This document shows, in pieces, positions 38,505 to 49,782 of a DNA stretch of 64,000 nucleotides. The stretch covers positions 62,001-126,000 of the forward strand of contig NIVC01002571.1 of assembly GCA_002269645.1 (NCBI GenBank). Reading direction: 5' to 3'. Positions within the stretch are counted from its first letter, which is position 1. Each line of letters begins with the position of its first letter. A program made the translations under genes and the position numbers. The DNA comes from Macrostomum lignano. Taxonomy: Eukaryota. The notes below the pieces were generated by a model. The model was not told the origin of the DNA and did no database searches. It worked only from the letters and a program-made list of their open reading frames with translations.

Positions 38505-39502
38505 TTTTAGTTCCGCTTCAGTCTGAGTTTTAGTTCAGCTTCAGTCTGCATTTTAGTTCAGCATCAGTCTGAGTTTTAGTTCAGCTTCAGTCTGAGTTTT
38601 AGTTCAGCTTCCGTCTGAGTTTTAGTTCAGCTTCAGTCTGCATTTTAGTTCAGCTTCAGTCTGCATTTTAGTTCAGCTTCAGTCTGAGTTTTAGTTCAGC
38701 TTCTCTCTGAGTTTTAGTTCAGCTTCAGTCTGAGTTTCAGTTCAGCTTCAGTCTGCATTTTAGTTCAGCTTCAGGCTGAGTTTTAGTTCAGCTTCAGTCT
38801 GAGTTTCAGTTCAGCTTCAGTCTGAGTTTCAGTTCAGCTTCACGTTTAAATTTTAGTTCAGCTTCAGTCTGAGTTTTAGTTCAGCTTCTCTCTGAGTTTT
38901 AGTTCAGCTTCAGTCTGAGTTTTAGTTCAGCTTCAGTCTGCATTTTAGTTCAGCTTCAGTCTGAGTTTTAGTTCAGCTTCAGTCTGCACTTTAGTTCAGC
39001 TTCAGTCTGCATTTTAGTTCAGCTTCAGTCTGAGTTTTAGTTCAGCTTCTCTCTGAGTTTTAGTTCAGCTTCAGTCTGAGTTTCAGTTCAGCTTCAGTCT
39101 GCATTTTAGTTCAGCTTCAGGCTGAGTTTTAGTTCAGCTTCAGTCTGAGTTTCAGTTCAGCTTCACGTTTAAATTTTAGTTCAGCTTCAGTCTGAGTTTT
39201 AGTTCAGCTTCTCTCTGAGTTTTAGTTCAGCTTCAGTCTGAGTTTTAGTTCAGCTTCAGTCTGCATTTTAGTTCAGCTTCAGGCTGAGTTTTAGTTCAGC
39301 TTCAGTCTGAGTTTCAGTTCAGCTTCACGTTTAAATTTTAGTTCAGCTTCAGTCTGAGTTTTAGTTCAGCTTCAGTCTGAGTTTTAGTTCAGCTTCAGTC
39401 TGAGTTTTAGTTCAGCTTCAGTCTGAGTTTTAGTTCAGCTTCAGTCTCAGTTTTAGTTCAGCTTCACTCTGAGTTTTAGTTCAGCTTCACTCTGAGTTTT
39501 AG
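38505..39502 (+). repeat. 23-bp satellite (TTTTAGTTCAGCTTCAGTCTGAG)n, left arm
   Basis: About 43 copies. Confidence 0.95.
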
Positions 39503-40079
39503 CCTACAACAGCTCGCACTGCTATATTTCTTTAGATGTGACCCTCCATAGGCTATTTCGCCCTCAGTGCCAATGCAAGCAAGCAAAATTGATTGCACCT
39601 GAACAAATAAACGACTTTAAACCACTGTGCCGACCCCCTGATGAAGCGCACGGATGCGTGTGCAGAATGGAATCTCGATATTCCTTCTCCGTGCACTCGA
39701 TATCGCGTTGGAAGTTTCCAATTTCTATCCAATAAAAATGATGAAGCTGCCCAAGGCCGAAGCAATTGTCTTCTTATCTGTTGGCCCAAGCCCTTCAATC
39801 ATGCCGATGCGGATTTCCAACAGCTTATCTACCATCGTGAACCAAATATTTCCGAAGTTGCCTCTTTCTTCCCATCCATCTTGCAGCGCTATAAGAACTT
39901 GCAGCAGATTCTGCAGATTCTGGATAGACTTCTGCTTGGGGCTGGAACCCCCGCACCTACTAAGGGAGGCCACAGGTGCCAGCGGGTATGAGCGAGAGCT
40001 TCGAAAGACGTTCTTGGCTGATCACGTGACCTATTTCTGCAGTTGCAAGGAACAGATGGAGCTTAGCAGTGGCTGCATA

Positions 40080-41480
40080 AAAATGCAATCTGAAGCTGAA
40101 CTAAAATGCAGACTGAAGCTGAACTAAAACTCAGACTGAAGCTGAACTAAAATGAAGACTGAAGCTGAACTTAAATGCAGACTAAAGCTGAACTAAAAGT
40201 CAGACTGAAGCTGAACTAAAACTCAGACTGAAGCTGAACTAAAATGCAGACTGAAGCTGACCTAAAACTCAGACTGAAGCTGAACTAAAATGCAGACTGA
40301 AGCTGAACTAAAACTCAGACTGAAGCTGAACTAAAATGAAGACTGAAGCTGAACTAAAACTCAGCCTGAAGCTGAACTAAAACTCAGACTGAAGCTGAAC
40401 TAAAACTCAGACAGAAGCTGAACTAAAACTCAGACTGAAGCTGAACTAAAATGCAGACTGAAGCTGAACTAAAACTCAGACTGAAGCTGAACTAAAATGA
40501 AGACTGAAGCTGAACTAAAACTCAGACTGAAGCTGAACTAAAATGCAGACTGAAGCTGAACTAAAACTCAGACTGAAGCTGAACTAAAATGAAGACTGAA
40601 GCTGAACAAAAACTCAGACTGAAGCTGAAATAAAATGCAGACTGAAGCTGACCTAAAACTCAGACTGAAGCTGAACTAAAATGCAGACTGAAGCTGAACT
40701 AAAACTCAGACTGAAGCTGAACTAAAATGAAGACTGAAGCTGAACTAAAATGCAGACTGAAGCTGAACTAAAACTCAGACTGAAGCTGAACTAAAATGCA
40801 GACTGAAGCTGAACTAAAACTCAGACTGAAGCTGAACTAAAACTCAGACTGAAGCTGAACTAAAATGCAGACTGAAGCTGAACTAAAACTCAGACTGAAG
40901 CTGAACTAAAATGCAGACTGAAGCTGAACTAAAATGCAGACTGAAGCTGAACTAAAATGCAGACTAAAGCTGAACTAAAATGAAGACTGAAGCTGAACAA
41001 AAACTCAGAGAGAAGCTGAACTAAAATGCAGACTGAAGCTGAACAAAAACTCAGACTGAAGCTGAACTAAAATGCAGACTGAAGCTGAACTAAAACTCAG
41101 ACTGAAGCTGAACTAAAACTCAGACTGAAGCTGAACTAAAACTCAGACTGAAGCTGAACTAAAACTCAGACTGAAGCTGAACTAAAACTCAGACTGAAGC
41201 TGAACTAAAACTCAGACTGAAGCTGAACTAAAACTCAGACTGAAGCTGAACTAAAACTCAGACTGAAGCTGAACTAAAATGCAGACTGAAGCTGAACTAA
41301 AACTCAGAGAGAAGCTGAACTAAAACTCAGACTGAAGCTGAACTAAAATGCAGACTGAAGCTGACCTAAAACTCAGACTGAAGCTGAACTAAAACTCAGA
41401 CTGAAGCTGACCTAAAACTTAGACTGAAGCTGAACTAAAACTTAGACTGAAGCTGAACTAAAATGCAGACTGAAGCTGAA
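40080..41480 (-). repeat. Same 23-bp satellite in inverted orientation (CTCAGACTGAAGCTGAACTAAAA)n, right arm
   Basis: About 60 copies; reverse complement of the 38505-39502 unit, including shared variants. Confidence 0.95.
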
Positions 41481-41777
41481 GGCAAAGGTCATGTCAGGTG
41501 CAAGAATAACACCAGGGAGCTTTTTAACCAGATGAATCATCAGCGCCACACGCAGGATGGTCCCTGCAGAATTTCAACTGGTTTAGCTGCGCCATTGCGC
41601 ACTACCCACCGCCGCCAACCTGGTGCAGTCGGTGGAGAGCCAATGCAGAAGCTACAAGAAATACCTCAAAATCCAAATAAAAGGCCGTGCAATCAGGAAT
41701 AGACCTGCATTATCGAGCTCTATATCCTCTGTAAGTCTCTCTTACGCAGCTAAGCCTTGCTACAACTTGTTATCTCC

Positions 41778-44700
41778 ATGAAGATTTGGTTACTTCTAAT
41801 CGCGGCTGGGCTGCTTATCTGCCAAACTGTGCAGGGAAACAAAACCTTCTCGTTTGAAGGGTCAGTCACTTTCGAGTCTCTGTGTAATGATATGATTTAC
41901 GATACGAACTCTGCGTTAGACATAGATTTAACCTCCTGTGGATTTTCAGCTACCGGCTCTACAGGGCTGACCCATTCACCAAGGAGGCTGCGGCAGTTCT
42001 GCGAAGTCTGCATGATGCCTACCCGAGCGAACCGGAGCCTGGCGTGAGACAGACACTGAGACAGACACTGAGACGGACACTGGGACAGACACTGAGACAG
42101 ACACTGAGACAGACACTGGGACAGACACTGAGACAGGCACTGAGACAGACACTGAGACAGACACTGAGACAGACACTGAGACAGACACTGGAACAGATAC
42201 TGAGACAGACACTGAGACAGACACTGAGACAGACACTGGGACAGACACTGAGACAGACACTGGGACAGACACTGAGACAGACACTGAGACAGACACTGGG
42301 ACAGACACTGAGACAGGCACTGAGACAGACACTGAGACAGACACTGAGACAGACACTGAAACAGACACTGGAACAGATACTGAGACAGACACTGAGACAG
42401 ACACTGAGACAGACACCGAGACAGACACTGAGACAGACACTGGGACAGACACTAAGACAGACACTGAGACAGACACTGAGACAGACACTGAGACAGACAC
42501 TGAGACAGACACTGAGACAGACAGTGGGACAGGCATTGAGACAGTCACTGAGACAGACACTGAGACAGACACTCCGACAGACACTGAAACAGAAACTGGG
42601 ACAGACACTCAGACAGACACTGGGACAGACACTGTGTCAGACACTGAGACAGACACTGAGACAGACACTGAGACAGACACTGGGACAGACACTGAGACAG
42701 ACAATGAGACAGACACTAAGACAGACACTAAGACAGACACTGAGACAGACACTCAGACAGACACTGGGACAGACACTGAGACAGACACTGAGACAGACAC
42801 CGAGACAGACACTGAGACAGACACTGAGACAGACACTCAGACAGACACTCAGACAGACACTGAAATAGACACTGAGACAAAAACTCAAACAGACATTCAG
42901 ACAGACACTCAGACAGACACTCAGACAGACACTGAGACAGACACTGAGACAGACACCGAGACAGACACTGAGACAGACACTGAGACAGGCACTGAGACAG
43001 ACACTGAGACAGGCACTGAGACAGACACTGAGACAGACACCGAGACAGACACTGAGACAGACACTGAGACAGACACTCAGACAGACACTCAGACAGACAC
43101 TGAAATAGACACTGAGACAAAAACTCAAACAGACATTCAGACAGACACTCAGACAGACACTCAGACAGACACTGAGACAGACACTGAGACAGACACTGAG
43201 AAAGGCACTGAGACAGACACTGAGACAGGCACTGAGACAGACACTGAGACAGGCACTGAGACAGGCACTAAGACAGACACTGAGACAGGCACTGAGACAG
43301 ACACTGAGACAGGCACTGAGACAGACACTGAGACAGGCACTGAGACAGACACTCAGACAGGCACTGAGACAGACACTGAGACAGGCACTGAGACAGACAC
43401 TGAGACAGGCACTGAGACAGACACTGAGACAGGCACTGAGACAGACACTCAGACAGGCACTGAGACAGACACTTAGACAGACACTGAGACAGACACTGAG
43501 ACAGACACTGAGACAGACACTGAGACAGGCACTGAGACAGGCACCCTAACAAAAACAAACCCCATTTTCCCGCAGCTCGGCTTGACATTCTTCAACTACC
43601 CAAGCCACCGCAACGTCAAGGTAGACATCCTGGTGCCGCCCCGTCTGGTGTCCGCCTTCAGAAAGGCCGTGGCCGGACGGCCGGACATCCAGCTCGAGCT
43701 GCTGCACCGGAACTACGGCCGGGTGGCTGCTCAGGCCGATCGGGAGAATCGGCAGTTTCCGCGGCTGATGAAGCGGCTGCGAAGGGCTGTTCGGAGGTCC
43801 GATCAGCTGATTCTGAATCACAATCAGTACCTGAGATATGACCAGGTGAGGGGCTGCAGTCACTGCTGATTGAGGTGGCTGAGTACTGCTGATTGAAGTG
43901 GCTGAGTACTGCTGATTGAGGTGGCTGAGTACTGCTGATTGAGGTGGCTGAGTACGGCTGATTGAAGTGGCTGAGTACTGCTGATTGAGGTGGCTGAGTA
44001 CTGCTGATTGAGGTGGCTGAGTACTGCTGATTGAGGTGGCTGAGTACTGCTGATTGAGGTGGCTGAGTACTGCTGATTGAGGTGGCTGAGTACTGCTGAT
44101 TGAGGTGGCTGAGTACTGCTGATTGAGGTGGCTGAGTACTGCTGATTGAGGTGGCTGAGTACTGCTGATTGAGGTGGCTGAGTACTGCTGATTGAGGTGG
44201 CTGAGTACTGCTGATTGAGGTGGCTGAGTACTGCTGATTGAGGTGGCTGAGTACTGCTGATTGAGGTGGCTGAGTACTGCTGATTGAGGTGGCTGAGTAC
44301 TGCTGATTGAGGTGGCTGAGTACTGCTGATTGAGGTGGCTGAGTACTGCTGATTGAGGTGGCTGAGTACTGCTGATTGAGGTGGCTGAGTACGGCTGATT
44401 GAAGTGGCTGAGTACTGCTGATTGAGGTGGCTGAGTACTGCTGATTGAGGTGGCTGAGTACTGCTGATTGAGGTGGCTGAGTACTGCTGATTGAGGTGGC
44501 TGAGTACTGCTGATTGAGGTGGCTGAGTACTGCTGATTGAGGTGGCTGAGTACTGCTGATTGAAGTGGCTGAGTACTGCTGATTGAGGTGGCTGAGTACT
44601 GCTGATTGAGGTGGCTGAGTACTGCTGATTGAGGTGGCTGATAGAGTCCTAACTACCAAACCATTCCTAAATTCAGCTTCTGGAGGCTGTGAATACGCTG

Positions 44701-47700
44701 GCTCAGCAATGCAACTTGCTGAGAAGCAACACCTGCCGACAGCAGGAGATCGGCAGCGCTTATGAAGGTCGAAAGCTGATCGTGCTCAGGGTGAGTCATC
44801 ATGGGTGAGAGAGGAGCAGGCTCGGGTGAGGCTGAGCCGACTGTGCTCAGGATAAGCTACGGATGCTCGGTGGTGATCGAACTCAATTCCAACCAAACGA
44901 AATTCGGTTCCTCACCTCGCCGCCTCCGAGCAGATCGAGAAAAGCCAGACGGACAAGCAGAAGCGCAAGGTGTGGATTGACGGCGGCATCCACGCCAGGG
45001 AGTGGATCAGCCCGGCCACCGTGCTGTACATGGCCGATGTGGTGAGAGATGCTGTTTGGTCTGCGCGGGTTTTTATGATTGGCAAAAAGCAGCTCAGAGG
45101 TAACCACGTCCGACTCTCGCGCCACGACCCCTGGTTCGAATCCCTGAGCGGCCCCACATTCATTTGGGGCTTGTGCGCACGAAATTGGCCCAGGGCCAAC
45201 CTTCAAGGCACAGAGAGTGTACATGCCTGACGATCAGGAAGTCAGAGCCGCTGTACACCCTGTGTGATCGTAGCAGTATAGGCGCTCTTGCATGTGCTCA
45301 GCAGTCATTGCCTCAGCGCTGATTGTGGGACCAGTTCAGGTGCCCAGGTGCCCGTCTGCCATGCTGATATTGATTTATATTCATAGTAGACTAACCTGAA
45401 CACCAGGGTTACAAAAGCGTTGCAGTCATCATCACCTCCGCATTGAAAAACTCGAACACAGCTGATCTCCAAGGGCCTGAATCGCCGAATGTGGACCCCA
45501 GAGGTTGTCGCGCTGCTCGACTACTACGATTTTCTGATGCTGCCGCTGTACAACCCGGACGGTTATGAGTACTCCCATTCTCATGTGAGTCCTCTCTGAG
45601 CACTGTGACTTTCTCTCTTGTTATTCCCTCACTGAACCTAGTGACTTTCTCTCCCGATATTCACTGAACCTTTCTCTCCCGATATTCACTGAACCTTTCT
45701 CTCCCGATATTCACTGAACCTTTCTCTCCCGATATTCACTGAACCTTTCTCTCCCGATATTCACTGAACCCAGTGACTTTCTCTCCCGATATTCACTGAA
45801 CCTTTCTCTCCCGATATTCACTGAACCTTTCTCTCCCGATATTCACTGAACCTTTCTCTCCCGATATTCACTGAACCTTTCTCTCCCGATATTCACTGAA
45901 CTCAGTGACTTTCTCTCCCGATATTCACTGAACCTTTCTCTCCCGATATTCACTGAACCCAGTGACTTTCTCTCCCGATATTCACTGAACCTTTCTCTCC
46001 CGATATTCACTGAACTCAGTGACTTTCTCTCCCGATATTCACTGAACCTTTCTCTCCCGATATTCACTGAACCTTTCTCTCCCGATATTCACTGAACCCA
46101 GTGACTTTCTCTCCCGATATTCACTGAACCTTTCTCTCCCGATATTCACTGAACCCAGTGACTTTCTCTCCCGATATTCACTGAACCCAGTGACTTTCTC
46201 TCCCGATATTCACTGAACCCAGTGACTTTCTCTCCCGATATTCACTGAACTCAGTGACTTTCTCTCCCGATATTCACTGAACCTTTCTCTCCCGATATTC
46301 ACTGAACCCAGTGACTTTCTCTCCCGATATTCACTGAACCTTTCTCTCCCGATATTCACTGAACCTTTCTCTCCCGATATTCACTGAACCCAGTGACTTT
46401 CTCTCCCGATATTCACTGAACCCAGTGACTTTCTCTCCCGATATTCACTGAACCCAGTGACTTTCTCTCCCGATATTCACTGAACCCAGTGACTTTCTCT
46501 CCCGATATTCACTGAACCCAGTGACTTTCTCTCCCGATATTCACTGAACCCAGTGACTTTCTCTCCCGATATTCACTGAACCTTTCTCTCCCGATATTCA
46601 CTGAACCCAGTGACTTTCTCTCCCGATATTCACTGAACCCAGTGACTTTCTCTCCCGATATTCACTGAACCTTTCTCTCCCGATATTCACTGAACCCAGT
46701 GACTTTCTATTCAGGCAACATAGCGACGCGAACCCTTCACAGCCTCATCTCTTAACTGACACTTTTCAGTACCGATTTTGGCGCAAAAACCGCCAAACGA
46801 ACGGTGGCCACCCGTCTCAAAGCCGGGTGTGCAGAGGCGTCGACCTCAACAGAAACTATGGCTACAAGTGCGTCTGGTTTGTTGACAGATTTTTTACTCA
46901 GTCACGTGATATTAGCCCTTCAATCAGACGTTTCTGATTGGAATCGGAAACTAAATTCTGTTGATTTTTATCTAGCTATACTATAAGTAGTGCACGCAGC
47001 GTAGAATTTTTATTATTTTATTGGTGCTAAAATAGACTCTGATAGAGATGACCCATATAGATGTACAGATGACCCATGCAGATGTACAGCTGACCCATGC
47101 AGATGTAAAGCTGACCCATGCAGATGTACAGCTGACCCATGCAGATGTACAGCTGACCCATGCAGATAATCCCCAAGCCTACAAAACACCACTCGCAGGT
47201 GGGGCGGCTCGGGCAGCTCAAGCGACCCCTGCCAGGATAATTACCGAGGCACCGGGCCATTCTCTGCCATGGAGTCGGCCGCCGTGAAGAGATTCGTCGA
47301 GCAGGAGAACTCCGACAAGAAGATCTTGCTGTTCCTGTCCTACCATTCATACGGCCAGTACGTGCTGATGCCATTCGGCTTCAAGAGGGGGGCCTACCCG
47401 CGGCCTGCGCTCAGCGCTGGCAAGATGGTGAGTTCCGTGGGTTCTATATCAATCTACAGATCTATATCAATCTACAGATCTATATCAATCTATAGATCTA
47501 TATCGATCTAAAGATCTATATTAATCTACAGATCTATATCAATCTACAGATCTATATCAATCTACAGATCTATATCAATCTACAGATCTATATCAATCTA
47601 CAGATCTATCTATAGGAATCTACGTCAAATTCAAAGCCCGGGTTAATCCGCCAAAAATCCGGACTCAAATTCCGCAGAGCTGCGTGGCCTTCTTCGGCAG

Positions 47701-48263
47701 CCGGGAGATGTTCTCAACAAACCATCGATTTTACATTCACGGAACCAGCGCCGATGTCTTGTGTGAGTTGCTGCTGCATTGGGAGAATTAGGGATAAAGG
47801 GATAAAGACGGGAGATAAACAGACAGACGGGAGATAAACAGATGGGAGATAAACCAGGCAGATGGGAGATAAACAGACAGACGGGAGATAAACAGACAGA
47901 CGGGAGATAAACAGATGGGAGATAAACCAGGCAGATGGGAGATAAACAGACAGATGGGAGATAAACCAGGCAGACGGGAGATAAACCAGACAGACGGGAA
48001 ACAAACGCGCCCCTGCAGACGAGGCCAGCGGCGGCTCAGATGACTGGGCTCACGGCTCGCTCGAAGTCCCGTATTCGCTGACCGTCGAGCTGCCAGACGA
48101 CGGCGCCTACGGCTTCCTGCTGCCGCCTGCCTACATTCGCAACGTTGGCAGCGAGGCGGTGCGCGGCCTGCTGGCGATGCTGCGCACAATTCACGACCTG
48201 GAGACGAACACGAATTTCTACAGGACCCGGTGCCTGGCCCACACCGCCGCATCCGACTATTAG
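41778..48263 (+). CDS. Secreted zinc carboxypeptidase, family M14A (CPA/CPB type), ~482 aa pre-pro-enzyme
   Basis: Exons 41778-41860, 41950-42043, 43576-43845, 44677-44790, 44934-45041, 45462-45584, 46770-46867, 47199-47427, 47678-47762 and 48019-48263; GT-AG and phase-consistent. Signal peptide, prodomain, [57 protein letters not shown]. Confidence 0.93.
42044..43545. repeat. 12-bp minisatellite (GAGACAGACACT)n, carboxypeptidase intron 2
   Basis: Starts at the donor dinucleotide itself. Confidence 0.95.
43860..44642. repeat. 23-bp minisatellite (GATTGAGGTGGCTGAGTACTGCT)n, intron 3
   Basis: Directly visible. Confidence 0.95.
45081..45345 (+). mobile_element. tRNA-derived SINE (family A), carboxypeptidase intron 5
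   Basis: A-box-like AGCTCAGAGG at 45091 and B-box GGTTCGAATCC at 45133; no proper anticodon stem. The body is homologous to the minus strand of ~59700-60183. Confidence 0.65.
45630..46710. repeat. Minisatellite with two interspersed unit lengths, 25 bp (CTTTCTCTCCCGATATTCACTGAAC) and 32 bp (+CCAGTGA), intron 6
   Basis: Directly visible. Confidence 0.93.
47045..47165. repeat. 21-bp repeat (GATGTACAGCTGACCCATGCA)n, intron 7
   Basis: About 5-6 copies. Confidence 0.88.
47442..47610. repeat. 18-bp repeat (TCTATATCAATCTACAGA)n, intron 8
   Basis: About 9 copies. Confidence 0.9.
47805..48000. repeat. GGGAGATAAAC-based variable repeat, intron 9
   Basis: Directly visible. Confidence 0.85.
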
Positions 48264-48464
48264 CGGCTCCGGAGTGATTTAAGCAAACCTTAGTCCAGCT
48301 GTAGAGATTATAATTTTCCCTAAATTTCCCAGTCAATTTTAGTTAATCCCAAAGATATGATTACTGAAAGCCTTATGCAAGTGAAAAATTATAATTCGAA
48401 TTTTTCCATGCAAGATCTGGCAGTTTTGTTGCTAGGCGATACGGTTATCACTTTGCTTAGCAAC

Positions 48465-48695
48465 AAAGTGTAATCACTGTGTTGCTAAGCAACAAGTGTA
48501 ATCACCGTGTTGCTAAGCAACAAGTGTAATCACCGTGTTGCTAAGCAACAAGTGTAATCACCGTGTTGCTAAGCAACCAAATTTAATCACAGTGTTGCTA
48601 AGCAATCAAATGTAATCACAGTGTTGCTAAGCAACCAAATGTAATCACCGTGTTGCTAAGCAACCAAATGTAATCACTGTGTTGCCAGACAACCT
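48465..48695. repeat. 28-29-bp tandem repeat carrying the near-palindrome GTTGCTAAGCAAC
   Basis: Perfect motif at 48481, 48509, 48537, 48565, 48623 and 48652; variants at 48594 and 48681. Confidence 0.9.
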
Positions 48696-48959
48696 GTTAC
48701 TTTAACAGGTACCTTTTGCTATGGCTTTCAGCAGAAATTCAAGTGTTTTTATATCAGAATTTTTTATATTTCTTACCTAGAAACACAACAATTAAAGAAT
48801 TTCGAGCAATATATGTGTGCAACATAGTGCAAAAGAAATCTGTCAATCATTTTTCTTTGAGGATATTCGCTACATTTAACCGCAATAAAGCAATTATTAA
48901 TGAAGCTAACATTTTTTGAACCAATAGCTTTGCTTGGCTAAAAATGCATACTATTCAAT

Positions 48960-49782
48960 CTTGATCACCCAGCTCACACCTTCATCACACAGCTCACACC
49001 TATATCACACAGCTCACACCTGCATCACACAGCTCACACCTGCATCATCACACAGCCCACACATGCATCATCACACAGCTCACACATGCATCACACAGCT
49101 CACACCTGTATCACACAGCTTACACCTGTATCACACAGCTCACACCTGCATCACACAGCTCACACCTTCATCACACAGCTCACACCTGTATCACACAGCT
49201 CACACCTGTATCACACAGCTCACACCTGCATCACACAGCTCACACCTGCATCACACAGCTCACACCTGTATCACACAGCTCACACCTGTATCACACAGCT
49301 CACACCTGTATCACACAGCTCACACCTGTATCACACAGCTCACACCTGTATCACACAGCTCACACCTGTATCACACAGCTCACACCTTCATCACACAGCT
49401 CACACCTGTATCACACAGCTCACACCTGTATCACACAGCTCACACCTGCATCAAACAGCTCACACATGCATCACACAGCTCACACCTGCATCACACAGCT
49501 CACACCTGCATCACACAGCTCACACCTGCATCACACAGCTCACACCTGCATCACACAGCTCACACCTGTATCACCCAGCTCACACCTGCATCACACAGCT
49601 CACACCTATATCACACAGCTCACACCTGTATCACACAGCTCACACCTGCATCACACAGCTCACACCTGCATCACACAGCTCACACCTGCATCATCACACA
49701 GCTCACACATGCATAATCACACAGCTCACACTTGTATCACACAGCTCACACCTGCATCACACAGCTCACACCTGTATCACAC
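48960..49782. repeat. 20-bp minisatellite (TCACACAGCTCACACCTG[C/T]A)n, interrupted by the LINE; resumes at 51508-51557
   Basis: The same unit lies on both sides of the LINE. Confidence 0.95.

Noticed and set aside
45081-45150. tRNA gene (also 60181-60250)
   Set aside because: A/B boxes are present but the anticodon and acceptor stems do not pair. Both continue into repeat bodies, so they are treated as SINE heads.
45407-45503. Apparent frameshift in carboxypeptidase exon 6 (NVDP/EVV reading)
   Set aside because: The acceptor at 45461 gives an uninterrupted in-phase exon ([20 protein letters not shown]), so no frameshift is needed.
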